Positions 22,666 through 34,545 of a stretch of 51,000 bases of DNA are shown here, piece by piece (the first letter of the stretch is position 1; each line of letters starts with the position of its first letter). Below the pieces are notes generated by a model. That model was given only the letters and a program-made list of their open reading frames with translations. It was not told the origin of the DNA and ran no database searches. The DNA is from Penicillus capitatus (taxonomy: Eukaryota; Plantae; Chlorophyta). The stretch lies in assembly GCA_965649825.1 (NCBI GenBank), contig OZ287701.1, forward strand, positions 1 to 51,000. The letters are read 5' to 3'. The translations under genes were made by a program, and so were the position numbers.

Positions 22666-25600
22666 TTACAAACCGTATTCATCATCATCTTCGTCTTCGG
22701 CGTCATCATCATCCACGTCGTCGTCATCAGCCTCATCGCGCGACATTTCAGATCGATCGTTCGTTTCGTTTTCGTCTTCATCGTCGTCATCTTCGACATC
22801 ATCGTCGTCGTCGTCGTCCACGTCGTCGTCGTCATTCAGCGCTTCGACGTCATCACTGGACGCCACGACGCCACTGTTTGACACTTCATCCTCCAATTCC
22901 AGTTTGGGACGTTTGCCAGTCAAACAATGAATGGTCTTGATGCCGTTCTTCTTACGGGTAGATTTACCTCGGCCTTTGGTCATATGTATATTGGCATAGA
23001 GAGTCCCATGACGCTCTGCTGCATCCACCGCCTCTCGAATCTTATCCACCTGATCCCGACAGAGAGCAGCACATCGATCATTGAGATCTTTCTTCTTCAG
23101 CAGAAAGAAGCTACTTGGAAGCTAAAGGGAATGGGTTGTTTCTGAACAGGCTGTCCTTTTTGCAAAACGGGAAACACGGAGCCTGCCAGTTTCCCTCCCG
23201 GACGAATCGGCTCGACGGAAACAATTTGCGATGCGTTTTGCAATGTGTGGGTCACAGATGTGACGTCCAGATGCGCATTGAGTTCACGTACGAAAGGTTT
23301 CTGGACGTACTTGTAAGAGAGCAAGGCATCACGCCCTGTCGGGGACCCTGAGTGATAGCACAATGCAGCATCCAGTCGAAAAATGTGTAGAAAAGCAGCT
23401 GCAAAGGATCGAGGCACCCAACAGAGAAATCCTTCGGCCGTCGTGACAATTTCGGGATCATAGGTATCACTCCAGGCCCCATAAAGAATTTGAGGAGCCC
23501 GATTATAGTTACTGTGTAGAACGTGAGCCACCAATGCATGCTCCAGCTGACCCATACACACCAAGACGTCATCAATGGACTCTGCCGCATCCAAATCCGC
23601 ATTCCATCTCGCCCTACAGAAACACAACCCACCATCCACATGCACAAGAACACAACAAAGCATTGGCCGCACTCGTCGAGATCTGGCTTGCTGTCCTTTG
23701 AGAGCGCTTGGTGAATGTGGAAGAGATGCGTTTTGATTTGAAAGAGCCAGTCAGATTCGTCCTGATGCCTCAGTTGCCTGTCCAACGAGGCAATTCGAGC
23801 CCATTTCCGTGCAAACAACGTGCTGCAGCACTCTGTCGGTGCACTGACGACAATATCCATTTGGTTGGCATCATCTTCTCCTTCCTTCCACACCGGGAGA
23901 TCATCATGGAGATTCTGCTCGTACTGACAGAGTGCTGCATGGAGCGGTCCTTCACGCGCTCCTCGAGGCTCAAGGCTTCGAATAAGACTCTGCAACTGCT
24001 GTCTGGATTTCAGTATCTTAAATTGTCCATTCAATTCCAAAAACAGGTGATCTGGACGCTCTGCATTTGGCCTTTCCGTATCCTTCTTGAAAGAAAAGCT
24101 CCAGTATCTGATGAAACAGAATCGAGAAATGCACCGAGGCGTGTTCTATCTCGTTCGTTTTACCTGTTGTGGCGCCGGTCTTTTCCCAGAGGCTCGAATC
24201 GGACATGATCTTGAGCAGAGGGCAGGGGAAGTTTGGTCGACAGCGGATCAGGAATGACGGTCTGTAGACTCTCTGTCATGAGATCTTTGACCTTAGCATC
24301 GAGATTCTCATGCGTCTCCATCCCTCCCACGTTTTCCAACTCCATGAGTCTGCGCTGCGCCTCTTCTGCTGCTTGCTCGCGTCTGGCTCTCTTCTCTGCC
24401 TGCGTCCACCAAAATGCCTTCCCAATGGATAAACGTCGTTGCCGGTTTCTCGCTTACCTTTGCCTCAATCTCCATTCTTTTTTGTTCGGCGATCTCGCGT
24501 TCCAGTCGGCCATCGAGACAGGCGCGTATCGTTGGGCATTCGAGTGCCATATTGCACAGCGTCTTCAGCACTTCGAGTTTCTCTTCGAGCGTCAACATAT
24601 CATAATCGCTGTTTGACAGCAGAGGAATCCAAGGCTCTCCCTGAATAAATCTATGTGTGGTCTCTGTCTCTCGCATCGGTGCCTCTCCTTGGATTTCGTC
24701 TCCGCCAAACGACGACGGCTCCATTCCTTCCATACAAGAGGATGAAGGCTGGCTTTGATTCTCAGCAGTAGGCAATACAGCCTAGAGACAGGCAGAACAC
24801 GCAAGATCAAGATAGGGTGCTGCAGGGAAGGGGCGGGTCTGCACATGGAGGGCGTATGTCGCCGGAGCCACGCGACAGAAAACAGCATCTCGCGAGAGGG
24901 CTCCGGCAACGGTCGCCTCAGGTGTCTTGCTTGTTCTCAGATCTCTAAGTCCTTGTTTCTGTATTCTTGTAGCAATTTCAGAAATGGTCAGTCCTTCGGG
25001 TCCCACTTCAGACAGCACCTGCCAAGCAGCCGCTTTGACGGTTCCCTGTGTCAGTCTCGACGGCATCTTGAGCCCGTATCCGGCTCTCGATTCTTCTGCT
25101 ATAGCATCTTCGGTTTCATCTGTCGATTTCTGATACTTGTCTCGTAGTCCTCTGGACCGTTTGGCACCGTAACCAGCAGCAATGGCAATTTGTCGGAGGA
25201 TCTCGGGCCAGGTGAAAGAATTGAGATGCGCTCTCCATGCATCGACATCGAAGCCCCACGAGATAGCCTCATCCAGAGTTCCGGCAATCCCGACAACGGC
25301 ACGATCCATGAAGTTTGATGTCCCTCCGCTTCCCTACATATCCATTCCACGATTTGCCAAGGAAGAGACGCGTCAGATTAGATCCACTTGAGTCAAAACT
25401 AAATGATGAGATTCTTCCATGTCTGCCTGGATCAGACGCAGCAGTACAATGTGAATGCTTGACAGCAGCGCCGATTTCTGTCCGATGTGAAGCGCCGCAA
25501 TAAATTCGTTGAGTGAGAAGGGTGGGAGCGCCATGATGTCGGCAAAGGACTGAACAAATCCCCAGATCATGACGATGTCACCTCCAATCGTATTTCCCAA

Positions 25601-26630
25601 CTGAGGAAAGGCAGATTCCAGTTCAGAAGACATCGATGGAAACAACGGTCGCTCGGGAGGATCGTCATCTGCCGGAACGTCTTTCATCAATTTCTCCATC
25701 TCCAAGTCCAGATCCTCCGGTGGGCCCTGAGCCAATTCCTTCTGCAGTTCTTTCTGAGCCACCTTCACTTGAGCAGCAAACGCCTTTTGCAGATCCTTTT
25801 CTCTGAGGCACAAAATCGAGGACGATGGGGATGACAGGCAGGCAGGCAGGGGATGCGGAAATGCCTCACCTTCGTTTCACTTCTTGGAGTTTTTTCCGCT
25901 CCTCCGATTTCCGCTCCCGTTCCAGATCCCGCTCTAACTTTTTCATGTCTCTCTCCAGCTGCAGCTTCTGTTTCTCTTCTTCCTTCAACTGAGCCTTGAG
26001 CTTCTTTTCGCGTTCCCTCTGCTGCCGTTCCATTTCTTTCTGCTGTTCCCGTTGTCGTCGCTCCTGTTCCTGCACCAATCCACATTCCCATTCCTTCTCC
26101 CTCCTCATAAACGACATCCACCTTATGCAGTTTCTTCTCTTTCTTTTTCATCTCCTTTTCCATTTCTTTGTCAAGTCGAGGATGTCTCTCCATGTGCAGC
26201 ATTGTCTGCTGATGCTGATCCGTTTCGTCAAAGTTGCCTTCGAATGGTTTCACGACAAAGGCTTTGCGTTTCTGTCCCGATGCCCATTGTTGTCTCTTGC
26301 GAATCTCCTATCATCCATCGCCTCTTTCGTCGAAACCGTCGGAAGATCAGTTCTCACCTGAATGCTGCCGTCCTCAGCTGCTTCGGCATTGTACTCACCG
26401 ATGACCATCATTTTCGATTTTCCATGACCTTCGGCCATAAGCTTCCTCCCAAAGGGCACCGGATCAAATTCGAAACCCAATGGCGGTCCGTCTTCGCGAA
26501 ATGCAACAGGTAGTGTCTGCTTCGCCGCCTCGAGCAAATCTTTTATTTCCTGAGATGTGACAGCAGTCTCCTCAACGACGAGGGGAAGAGCCTCGGAGGC
26601 CGGGGGGTGACTCGCCGACGGACCCTCCAT
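22666..26630 (-). CDS. RLT-like: RINGLET (RLT)-like DDT / HARE-HTH / WHIM chromatin protein (ISWI partner) with acidic C-terminal tail
   Basis: FREDGPPLGFEFDPVP (RLT motif), DDT (DIVMIWGFVQSFADIMALPPFSLNEF), TWPEILRQ, HARE-HTH (GTVKAAAWQVL…SKTPEATVAGALSRD), WHIM1 (DYDMLTLEEKLEVLKTLC), WHIM2/3 (EPLGKDRRHNR; LIRSLEPRGAREGPL). Confidence 0.88.
22672..22860 (-). repeat. Asp/Glu low-complexity (GAY/GAR)n tract encoding the acidic tail of the RLT-like protein
   Basis: DDDDVDDDDDDDVEDDDDEDENE…DDDDVDDDDAEDEDDDE in frame. Confidence 0.9.
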
Positions 26631-27269
26631 TACACGTCAAGCGCTCGCCAACGTGCCTAGACAAACGCATACATAATTCATAGAGACCGAACCGTTTGAG
26701 AGTTGATCGTCGGAATCGTAGCTCTGCGGTTTCTGCGTCGCTGCGCCGCCGCATCGAGAGAAACGAGAACAGACAGCCACTGCTGGCTAGAACAGAGAAT
26801 GCGAGTTTCCTCGAAGCAGCAGACAGACGTTGGCCTCGTCGACGGAGAGCCAAAACGTCGAGGACATCCCAAGACACAGCGTCGATGCGAGAATCCCAAT
26901 CCCTTGTCTACACTCACCGTGTTGACGTGCCAGTTGTGGTTATTTGTGTCGCGTCTTCGAATGTCCTTTCGTTTTTCTGCGCGTTTTGGTTCTGTTGGTT
27001 GTCGCGTTTGTTCTTTGACCAATTTCAACGACGGAGCGCGAAGCAAAGATGAGATTGCTGGTTGAAAATGGGATCCATCCATCGGCGGTGCTAGCGTGAT
27101 GTTTCACCGACACCGTCATCGCGCCGTCTGTCCGCAGTCCCTGACAGCGAATTACTGAAGGCAATTCATTTTTCAGCGTCTTTGAAATTATCCGCCACGT
27201 CCACTGCCCAATTGACTCGGACAAGGACGACGACGAGGAGCAGCAGCAACAGCAGCCGTTGTCGTAACG

Positions 27270-27524
27270 ATGTCGCAGGCGCCAGCACACATTGTCGTGC
27301 CTTCCGTTGTGGCGGGTCTGGCACTGGCCGGTGTTTTTTGGTATGCTCAGAAAAAGAACATCCTGTTCGGGCACAATGTACCGCACACCATGAGTGAAGA
27401 ATGGAAACTGCAGACGGAAGCGATGAATGCCTGCAAGGAACGCGAGTCGAGTGATGTTCCTGTGGCTTTGAACCCTTTTTATCACAACTATCCAGCGAGT
27501 TTCAAGAACTCCAAAAATCTCTGA
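27270..27524 (+). CDS. Small single-TM mitochondrial protein, COX4-like (plant/algal PHT..EW…PV.LNP family)
   Basis: 84 aa, one TM (VVPSVVAGLALAGVFWYA), then PHTMSEEWKLQT…RES..PVALNP; similarity recalled from plant/algal cytochrome c oxidase-associated small proteins, not searched. Confidence 0.6.
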   Translation: MSQAPAHIVVPSVVAGLALAGVFWYAQKKNILFGHNVPHTMSEEWKLQTEAMNACKERESSDVPVALNPFYHNYPASFKNSKNL

Positions 27525-27805
27525 AGTGTGTCAACTCTTGACGATTGGTGTTTTCCGAGAAAGCCTTTTTTGTGAAAGAATTCAAAAGAACGTGTCTCGA
27601 CTGGTCATGTGAAACAAACGCAATCTCGACGGGTATTCAGCAATGCCCCCATCGCGAAATTCACGACGCACGTGCAAGGGCATCTCGGGTGGTGATGATG
27701 ATGTCGGGGAGACGGTTGGGGAGTTTGTGTCTGCACTGTCGCCCAGACTGGATAAAGAAACGAGTGTTCCATTAGCTCCCGCTCTCCAGATCCTGGTGTC
27801 TCCGC

Positions 27806-30800
27806 TCAGAGATGGGCGAGGTGGACGTGATCCACTTGATCCCTGAACGGACTGTGCAGAAAGCCTGCACAGAATAACGTATGAGACAATTGGAGGGCAT
27901 GGATGGGTGAGGTGGTCACATCGGATATGGGGAGAATGGAAAATCCCTTGGATGTGGTCGGGGATGTTTGAGGTATGTGACAAATCTCTGAACAATAGTC
28001 AGACAGGGAACAGGTGCACGGCAGAGATTCTGAGAAGCAGATGATTCCCATGCCCTTTTTAAGCACGTCATGAAATGCTCAGTGAGCTCCTTCTCTTTGT
28101 ATTCTGGCTTCCTCTCATAGAGAACAATGAGTTCGTCAAACAATTGTGTGTACGTCGAAAGCAATGGCCCAAACAACAAAGAATAGAAATCGAGACCTAC
28201 CCTCTGATCTCCTACACGACACCATTCGCCATCTCAGACACTCTTTCACGGGCAGTTGGTGTATTACCAGAAAAAGCAATAAAATTGCTGTTGCAACCGT
28301 TGGCACTTGGCTGAGAGGGAGTGGTTGGCGAATGGTCACGCGAGGATGGGAAGGTGAGGGGAGATGGTGGAGGACTCTGCTGTGGTTTCGCCGAGAGCAC
28401 GTGATGTCTCTGCACACGTCGTGTCTGGAATGACAGATCTTTGTATTTCTTCAAATCGCTTTCGAATTGCATGCTTTGACGCCCAGGGACATCCAAGTCT
28501 TCCATCACGCCACGAATCAACCTATAACCGTAGAGGTGAGAGATGACTGCTCCACATAAGACACGCTTAGAGACTTGTCTACAAGTCGATCGAAACTCCG
28601 GCGCTGAGACCCCAGCGTTCCGGATGCGATGGAGCTGCTACGTGAAGAGAGGCCGTTTTGAGTGACGATTGCCGGAGGAATGCACGGCACGAGAACTCCC
28701 TCATGCAGGAGATCATCTAGGCATTGCTGCATATCAGCCAGTGTTCGATAACCATCCTCTCCCAGGCAGTCATCCAATTCAGGAGCCAGAATCTCGCGTA
28801 GCCACATCGCCGCAGCAAGAATGGAGGACCGTTCAGCGTAGGGCACCGGGAGAAAATCCGACTGCCGTGGGGCGCAGTTCGGTGATATACCGATGCGTCC
28901 ATCTGAAGAAGAACCCGTCCCGCCGAAGCCGTGTAAACAGGCCACCAGAGAAGTGGCAATGAGACACATGGGTGCCAGTTTTCCCAACAGATGATTGCTT
29001 CGGATATAGAACACGACACTGGAGGACATGTATGGCAGTACAGAGAAGCCTCCCTGCAATCCATGACCAAGACATGATTGATGTGACTGGCGCCGCCAAT
29101 CGAAACAGACCTTGTCCAAGGGACTGGGAAGATCTGTAAAATGGATCCAGTTGTCAAACCGCGCCACAAATCCATGAATGCGATGCATCGTCGCCTTTCG
29201 ATTTTCTGTTTCAAAGCGCATAAACTGAGCATCTCGATTTTCCAGAAGATTCTGTAACTGTGCCACAGATCGGATCGCCTCCTCCATACGAATGCGCCTC
29301 CTGTCCACGCATCAGCACGATTCATATCTATCGTGTTCTCCACGCACCCTTTGTCGAAATGAAGGAAGCATTGGATGAAGATCGTGCAGTAGAGGATTGA
29401 GGAGGCCGGGATGATGCGAATGCGTTGGAGATGCATATGAATTGCATTTCCAAGTGTGTTCACGGCACGATAGCGTTCATCGCTCTTGGGTGGAAAAGCA
29501 GCTGCCAGCATATCATTCCTTCTCACGCCATTCATTTGTGATATCATTCGCGGCGGTGCCATCGATCCTCTTCTCCTTCCCCCTCCTTTCATGCCACGTG
29601 ATAAGGACTGAAAAAGAGTGAGAGATTTGATGCAGAGTGTGAGACAATGGGAAACGTACTCGAAAGAGCATCTTTAGATGCAGAGGTTTGCCAAAAGCTA
29701 TGTTGGCACAGCCGCAACTTCCGCCGATCCCTTCACGAACACAGCTGTTGTCTCAGTAGCGGCGATCTGCCACCATACCAATGCCTCTGAGCCCCCTTCC
29801 ACAGCAACGAGCAATGAGTTTATACACAGCCTGCCAAACAGAGCGTTTCCTTGCAGCAGAATGACAGGCATACAACGCACCGAAACAAACCCCCAGAGCG
29901 TTTCCTTTTGCTTCCGCTCACCCATGAGCTCCCGGATCAACATGCTTTCTTCGAGTGGGTGATCATAACTGATATGAACAGGAACGAGTGCCACATTACC
30001 AGACTGGCACAACAGAAAGCTCGCGTGAGATATGCAGATCGAAGCATCTGGTCAATGTCCAGCAGAGACCTTTGGAAGATCTGCGTCAATGAAGGCATCG
30101 ACGATGTTTGCCAAGATCCCCAATCGTGGTTTCAGAACAGATCCATCACGTGAACGTCCTCCTTCTATAAAGAACTCGATGTGCTTTCCGTGCCACATCA
30201 ACGCCTCAATGTAACCTGATCCATCAGTTTCGCTGCACACAGCCTAAAAAGACACAAGCCCACCTGCCAATGTCTTCTTGTAGAGCTCTCGATCGGCTCC
30301 AAACTTATTAGTACGTCGAATAAAGAACGCTCCAGATCCACGCATCAAGAATGATATCAAGGGTAATTGCAGATTGTCTCCAGCTACAATGTGTGGCGGC
30401 TCCAATCCGTATGCGAAGCTGGTGTACCCCATCAGCACACTATCTAGATGGCTTTTGTGCGTTGGCGCATAGATGATGGTATGCGTTTTCTGTAGCGCAC
30501 GAACTTCCTGAACGGATTCTTCGTCGATGTAGACATCGTTTCCATAGAGCCATCCAAGAATCTTTGTCACCAAGAATGCCATGATTCGAATGACCCATAT
30601 CTTCTGATCTGATGCCATATGGTAGGCAGATTTCTCGACATGCTTCTTTGAGGCTTCTGTCAATGAGTTCGTTGCAGTATCTTGATTAAGGGCGCTTCCA
30701 GTGGTTGCGTTACAGGAGCGCTCGACAGCTGATACGGTCGTCTTTGCGAGTGTCCGTCTGCAGTACTTAAGCTCATACTGCGTGGCGCAGGGCGTGTAGT

Positions 30801-31201
30801 ACGAGAACCACATCGTTGGCCACCGTCGTCGCAGCAGCATATGAAAACGACTTGTTCTCATAGACAAAGCATCTGGAGAGGAGACAAGAATCGTACTCGA
30901 CGGTGCATTGCTTCGATTGGCGTGACACCAGCCGATAGGCGAGTGGCGAAAGAGACGCAATCTCGGAGGCGCTCCAGCGGCAACACTCGCCACATCAGCC
31001 CACGCCTTGTTACACTCTTCCATTTGTCGAAGTACGCTTACATCATGACCCAATAATGATTTCCCTCTTAACCACCCAGCGAACATTTGACACAACAATC
31101 GTAACATCCGAACAGAGAACCGAGAGGGAAAATTGTGTCCTAAACAATAACCTGTCTGCGTCTTAGCCACCTAGCATACCCACTTTCATAAAAAGAAACA
31201 T
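27806..31201 (-). CDS. PlsB/GPAT1/GNPAT-type glycerol-3-phosphate or DHAP acyltransferase (multi-exon; 3' end between 27582 and 27806)
   Basis: Acyltransferase blocks I-IV: PTHKSHLD, GAFFIRR, EFFIEGGRSRDG, LVPVHISYD…EL.GERKQKE. Start MFLFMKV G|…|HNFPS at 31201. Confidence 0.85.
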
Positions 31202-31335
31202 GCCGCGAGACTGTGAAATCCGTTCTCTTTTTCACGAATCAATACAGAGGACTCATTCCTTTACTCGAAGTCCCAGTTGGGCATATTTGTCAAAACAGTC
31301 ATCTACCTTCGTGTGCTTACGTCACATCTTCTCCC

Positions 31336-32064
31336 TCAAACAACGCTGATTTCGTGAGAGATACGACGACAGAATCGCACAAAGATCTGCAAGCCTTTGC
31401 GTTTGAACAGCGGCTCCAATCCACACCTTGACAAGCGATTGCAGTAGAGCAAACGTAAAGACTTGAGGGATTCCAAATTCTCCAGTGCTCGGAATCCATG
31501 ATCGGTCACTTGGTTGGCACCGTAGAGCCAGAGTTCTTCCAGTGAAGAATTCTTGGCCAAGGCCATAATGCCATTGTCTGTCAACAAGCGACTGTGATAC
31601 ATTCTAAAAGATTTCAATGGCATTTTTGCCAACTCCCTCACTCCATCGTCCGAAATCGTATCTCCCCAAAACAGCTCAAGCGATGTGAGTTTTGGCATCT
31701 GAGATGCCAACTGTCGACAGCATTCATCATCGAACCACACCACCGGCACATCGAGACGCTGCACGCTGCCGAATGTTGTTTTCATTTTCGACAGGAACGT
31801 TGAGAACTCTTCTCTTTCCAGGTCTTTGGGTTTCAAACGGGTTATCGCTTTGGCTGAAGACCGCGCCCAATGCCTGTTCAGGCAGCGCAACGTACAAAGC
31901 GTCCCGGTGTCATTATCATCTCGCAAGCACGAAGCGACCCGTTCGACAACATCTTCCGGCAGATGCGACCATGCAGCAGTCGTCTAGAACAATTCACATC
32001 ACTTGAGGCAAACTCGCGTTGACCCAGCACTTACGCTTCGGGTGGCGCAGGCCAAGGTTGCCAT
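31336..32064 (-). CDS. F-box/LRR-repeat protein (2 exons)
   Basis: MATLACATRS|gtaagt…tag|TTAAWSHLPEDVVERVASCL (F-box), then LRRs LTSLELFWGDTISDDGV, LKSFRMYHSRLLTDNGI, LEELWLYGANQVTDHGF. Confidence 0.85.
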
Positions 32065-32574
32065 CGACAAAAGAATAGGAAAACTAGGAACGAACGGGGC
32101 TGCGGCTATTTTCAAAGAATACCGTGCTTCGAATCGATAACCAGACTCGATCCGAGGGTCAAACAAAATAACGATCCTTCGATGTGCTTCGCTGATGAGA
32201 CAGGAGACGCCAGAAGAATGTATGGTGGTATATTGACCATTAACCGTCAAGATCTCTCGACCACGCATCTCTCCGCGGTTCGGCAAGAATTCAAGCGAGT
32301 CGTGGACGGGTCGCGTATCCAGTCGTACCGCAGCATGGAAACGTTGCTGTTACATGGTGATCTTTCAATGCCTCGATGTTTATTTCGCCCTTGCGGAGCT
32401 TCCCGAAACGAACAAATGAATCGGGACAGACTCGAGGTTTCGATACGACTGAACAAAGATGGGAGACAGCAGCTCGACCATAGATGTGCCTTCTGAGACA
32501 ATCTCGTGATACTTGTCCTTATATAGAATCCCTGCGGATGGTGTCATTCAAAAACAGAGAGATGACAGCTTTGC

Positions 32575-34217
32575 TCACCAAAACCCCCAGAGATCTCTTC
32601 TCGGGTCATTCGGTCTTGGATGTGCCTTCGGAAACAACTGATTAGGATATCCGAAATGGGAGGGCGGAAGTGGAAGACGATCGACATCGCCGCCGACGAG
32701 ACCGGGAAACGCAGGAGGAGGAAAGACAAGAAAGTCAGGAACGCGACGAGGTCTGCAAGGCATCACACAAAGGAAACATGCATCGACGGAGCGGAGAAGA
32801 GTGACAGACCTGTCGACAAAGAACGGCCGTTCGAAGACATTCTCTTTCTTTCGTTTTTCCCACTCCATTCGAAAGATCTTCTTCGCGTCCTTTCTTTCAA
32901 GACTCGTGCCCTCCAGCGAATCTGCAGAGGCATTGAGAGGTGAAGGTGTGGAAGAAGATAGAGAAGTAACCTCCGAAGGTCGTTGCGTAGAGATATGTCC
33001 ATAAGGCATCGCACGAAGCAAGTCGGTTGAGGTGATGGCACGTCATGCTAACGGAAAGAATGCTCTGGACGTCGAGTTTCATAAAGAGCTGCCAGATCAA
33101 TTCATCCGGAAGTGCCATGAGTGTCACCCTCAATGAACGGCCGAGAAGATCTGCCGCTTTGAGCATTGCAGGCGAGCATGCATTCAGTTTTAGCTCCGTG
33201 ATCAGTTTCTCTTCACTCTTTACGCAGAACCCTGGAACGAGCAGAGAAGACAACTCGTATCACTCTTTCCACTCGTGCTTCGTTTCACCTTGTTGCGATG
33301 ATGTATGGAACCAAGATGAAATGGCGATGTTTGTTGATCCGACAAAGTGTGTCGACAGTTGTCCTTCGTGTCCTTCCATTTGCACAAAAGTGCAGATCAC
33401 GATGGTCGCCCCCATGGACATGCACACAAATCTCACAACGGTCGTCGATGGATCCTCTGCCCATAATTGCTCTTGCAAACCTTTCAGGTTCATTAGTGAA
33501 GGGGGTACCTGCGCTGCGGGATGTGTCGGGAAGGAACGACGCTTCCCGGATGCAGTAGGCCAACTGATCTGTGTCCTGCGCCGAAGTAACCTCCTCTTCC
33601 TGACATCGAACATGCATCTCTTATGAATGTCCATCGTGGCAAGAGAGACGAGACCCGCAGGATCGGTTCCAGTCCAGACTCGACAGAGGCAACATGCAAC
33701 AGACGCGCTACGCCCGTAGATGCCGATCTTCGTCGATTTCTCTTTTCCGGTCTCGAAACAGCGACTTCCACCGTCTGCGTCTGAACATCGAGCATGGTGG
33801 GAAGGGGTTGCTGAGAAGCCCACCTGATTTTGAACGACAGGCGCCACAGGTGCTGCTGCGTCTGTCTCTTTTCTGGATTTCTTCGATGCCACTTTTACCA
33901 GTGCATGTCCCTCAGGTGGCAGTATCCATAAGATATCGCCGCTGCAGATGCCGCTGTCCGTCATACTTGTTTCGTCCGACCCAATCGCCTCCTATAAGAG
34001 AAACGGAAAAATGCTGTCCGTTCAGGAAAGGCCGTCAAACGCGTTTGTTCAGAGAGAGCACAATATCATTCGGGACCAGAACTGCGTCCCATTGAAACTC
34101 CTTGAGGGCTTCCTCTTTCACTTGTCGCACCGTCGTATCGGGTTGCACAGTGAGTCGACAACGACTCGGACCCGGACGCGTCTCGACTTCGAAAGTCGAC
34201 TTTACTGTCAAACGCAT
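32575..34217 (-). CDS. FBXO7/SKIP22-like F-box protein (N-terminal ubiquitin-like domain, FP region, F-box, Pro-rich tail)
   Basis: Ubl-like MRLTVKS…TTVRQVKEE…LSLNKR…GICSGDILWIL; F-box LMALPDELIWQLFMKLDVQSILSVSMTCHHLNRLASCDALW; C-terminal PGLVGGDVDRLP. Confidence 0.75.
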
Positions 34218-34545
34218 CGGCGGTTCACGTAACGGAGACAAACACCGAATGAAGAAATGAAAAATGGATTCCGCCCCAATGCACTGCCACCGTCTTGTAC
34301 TCTATGCAAAGCACCCGTTCTTCTGGGTGCTCCACATTTGACCTGCCAACTCTGTTAAGTGAATGCACAAGGTCCCCCGTTTTCGGGGTCCCTTGCGAAT
34401 CATGGACCCTTTGTTCGACGATACGCCCATGGCCGGTTACTGTTGTTGTTTCAGAAAGATGTCATACCTCAACATGGATGTTACCAACAACAATACGATC
34501 AAACGAATCCAGCATACATGAGCGACAGAGGTAGCAATGTCATCT

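Noticed and set aside
22482-22940. Long Arg/His-rich and poly-Ser plus-strand ORFs
   Set aside because: Antisense and alternative frames of the Asp-rich (GAY)n tail of the RLT-like gene.
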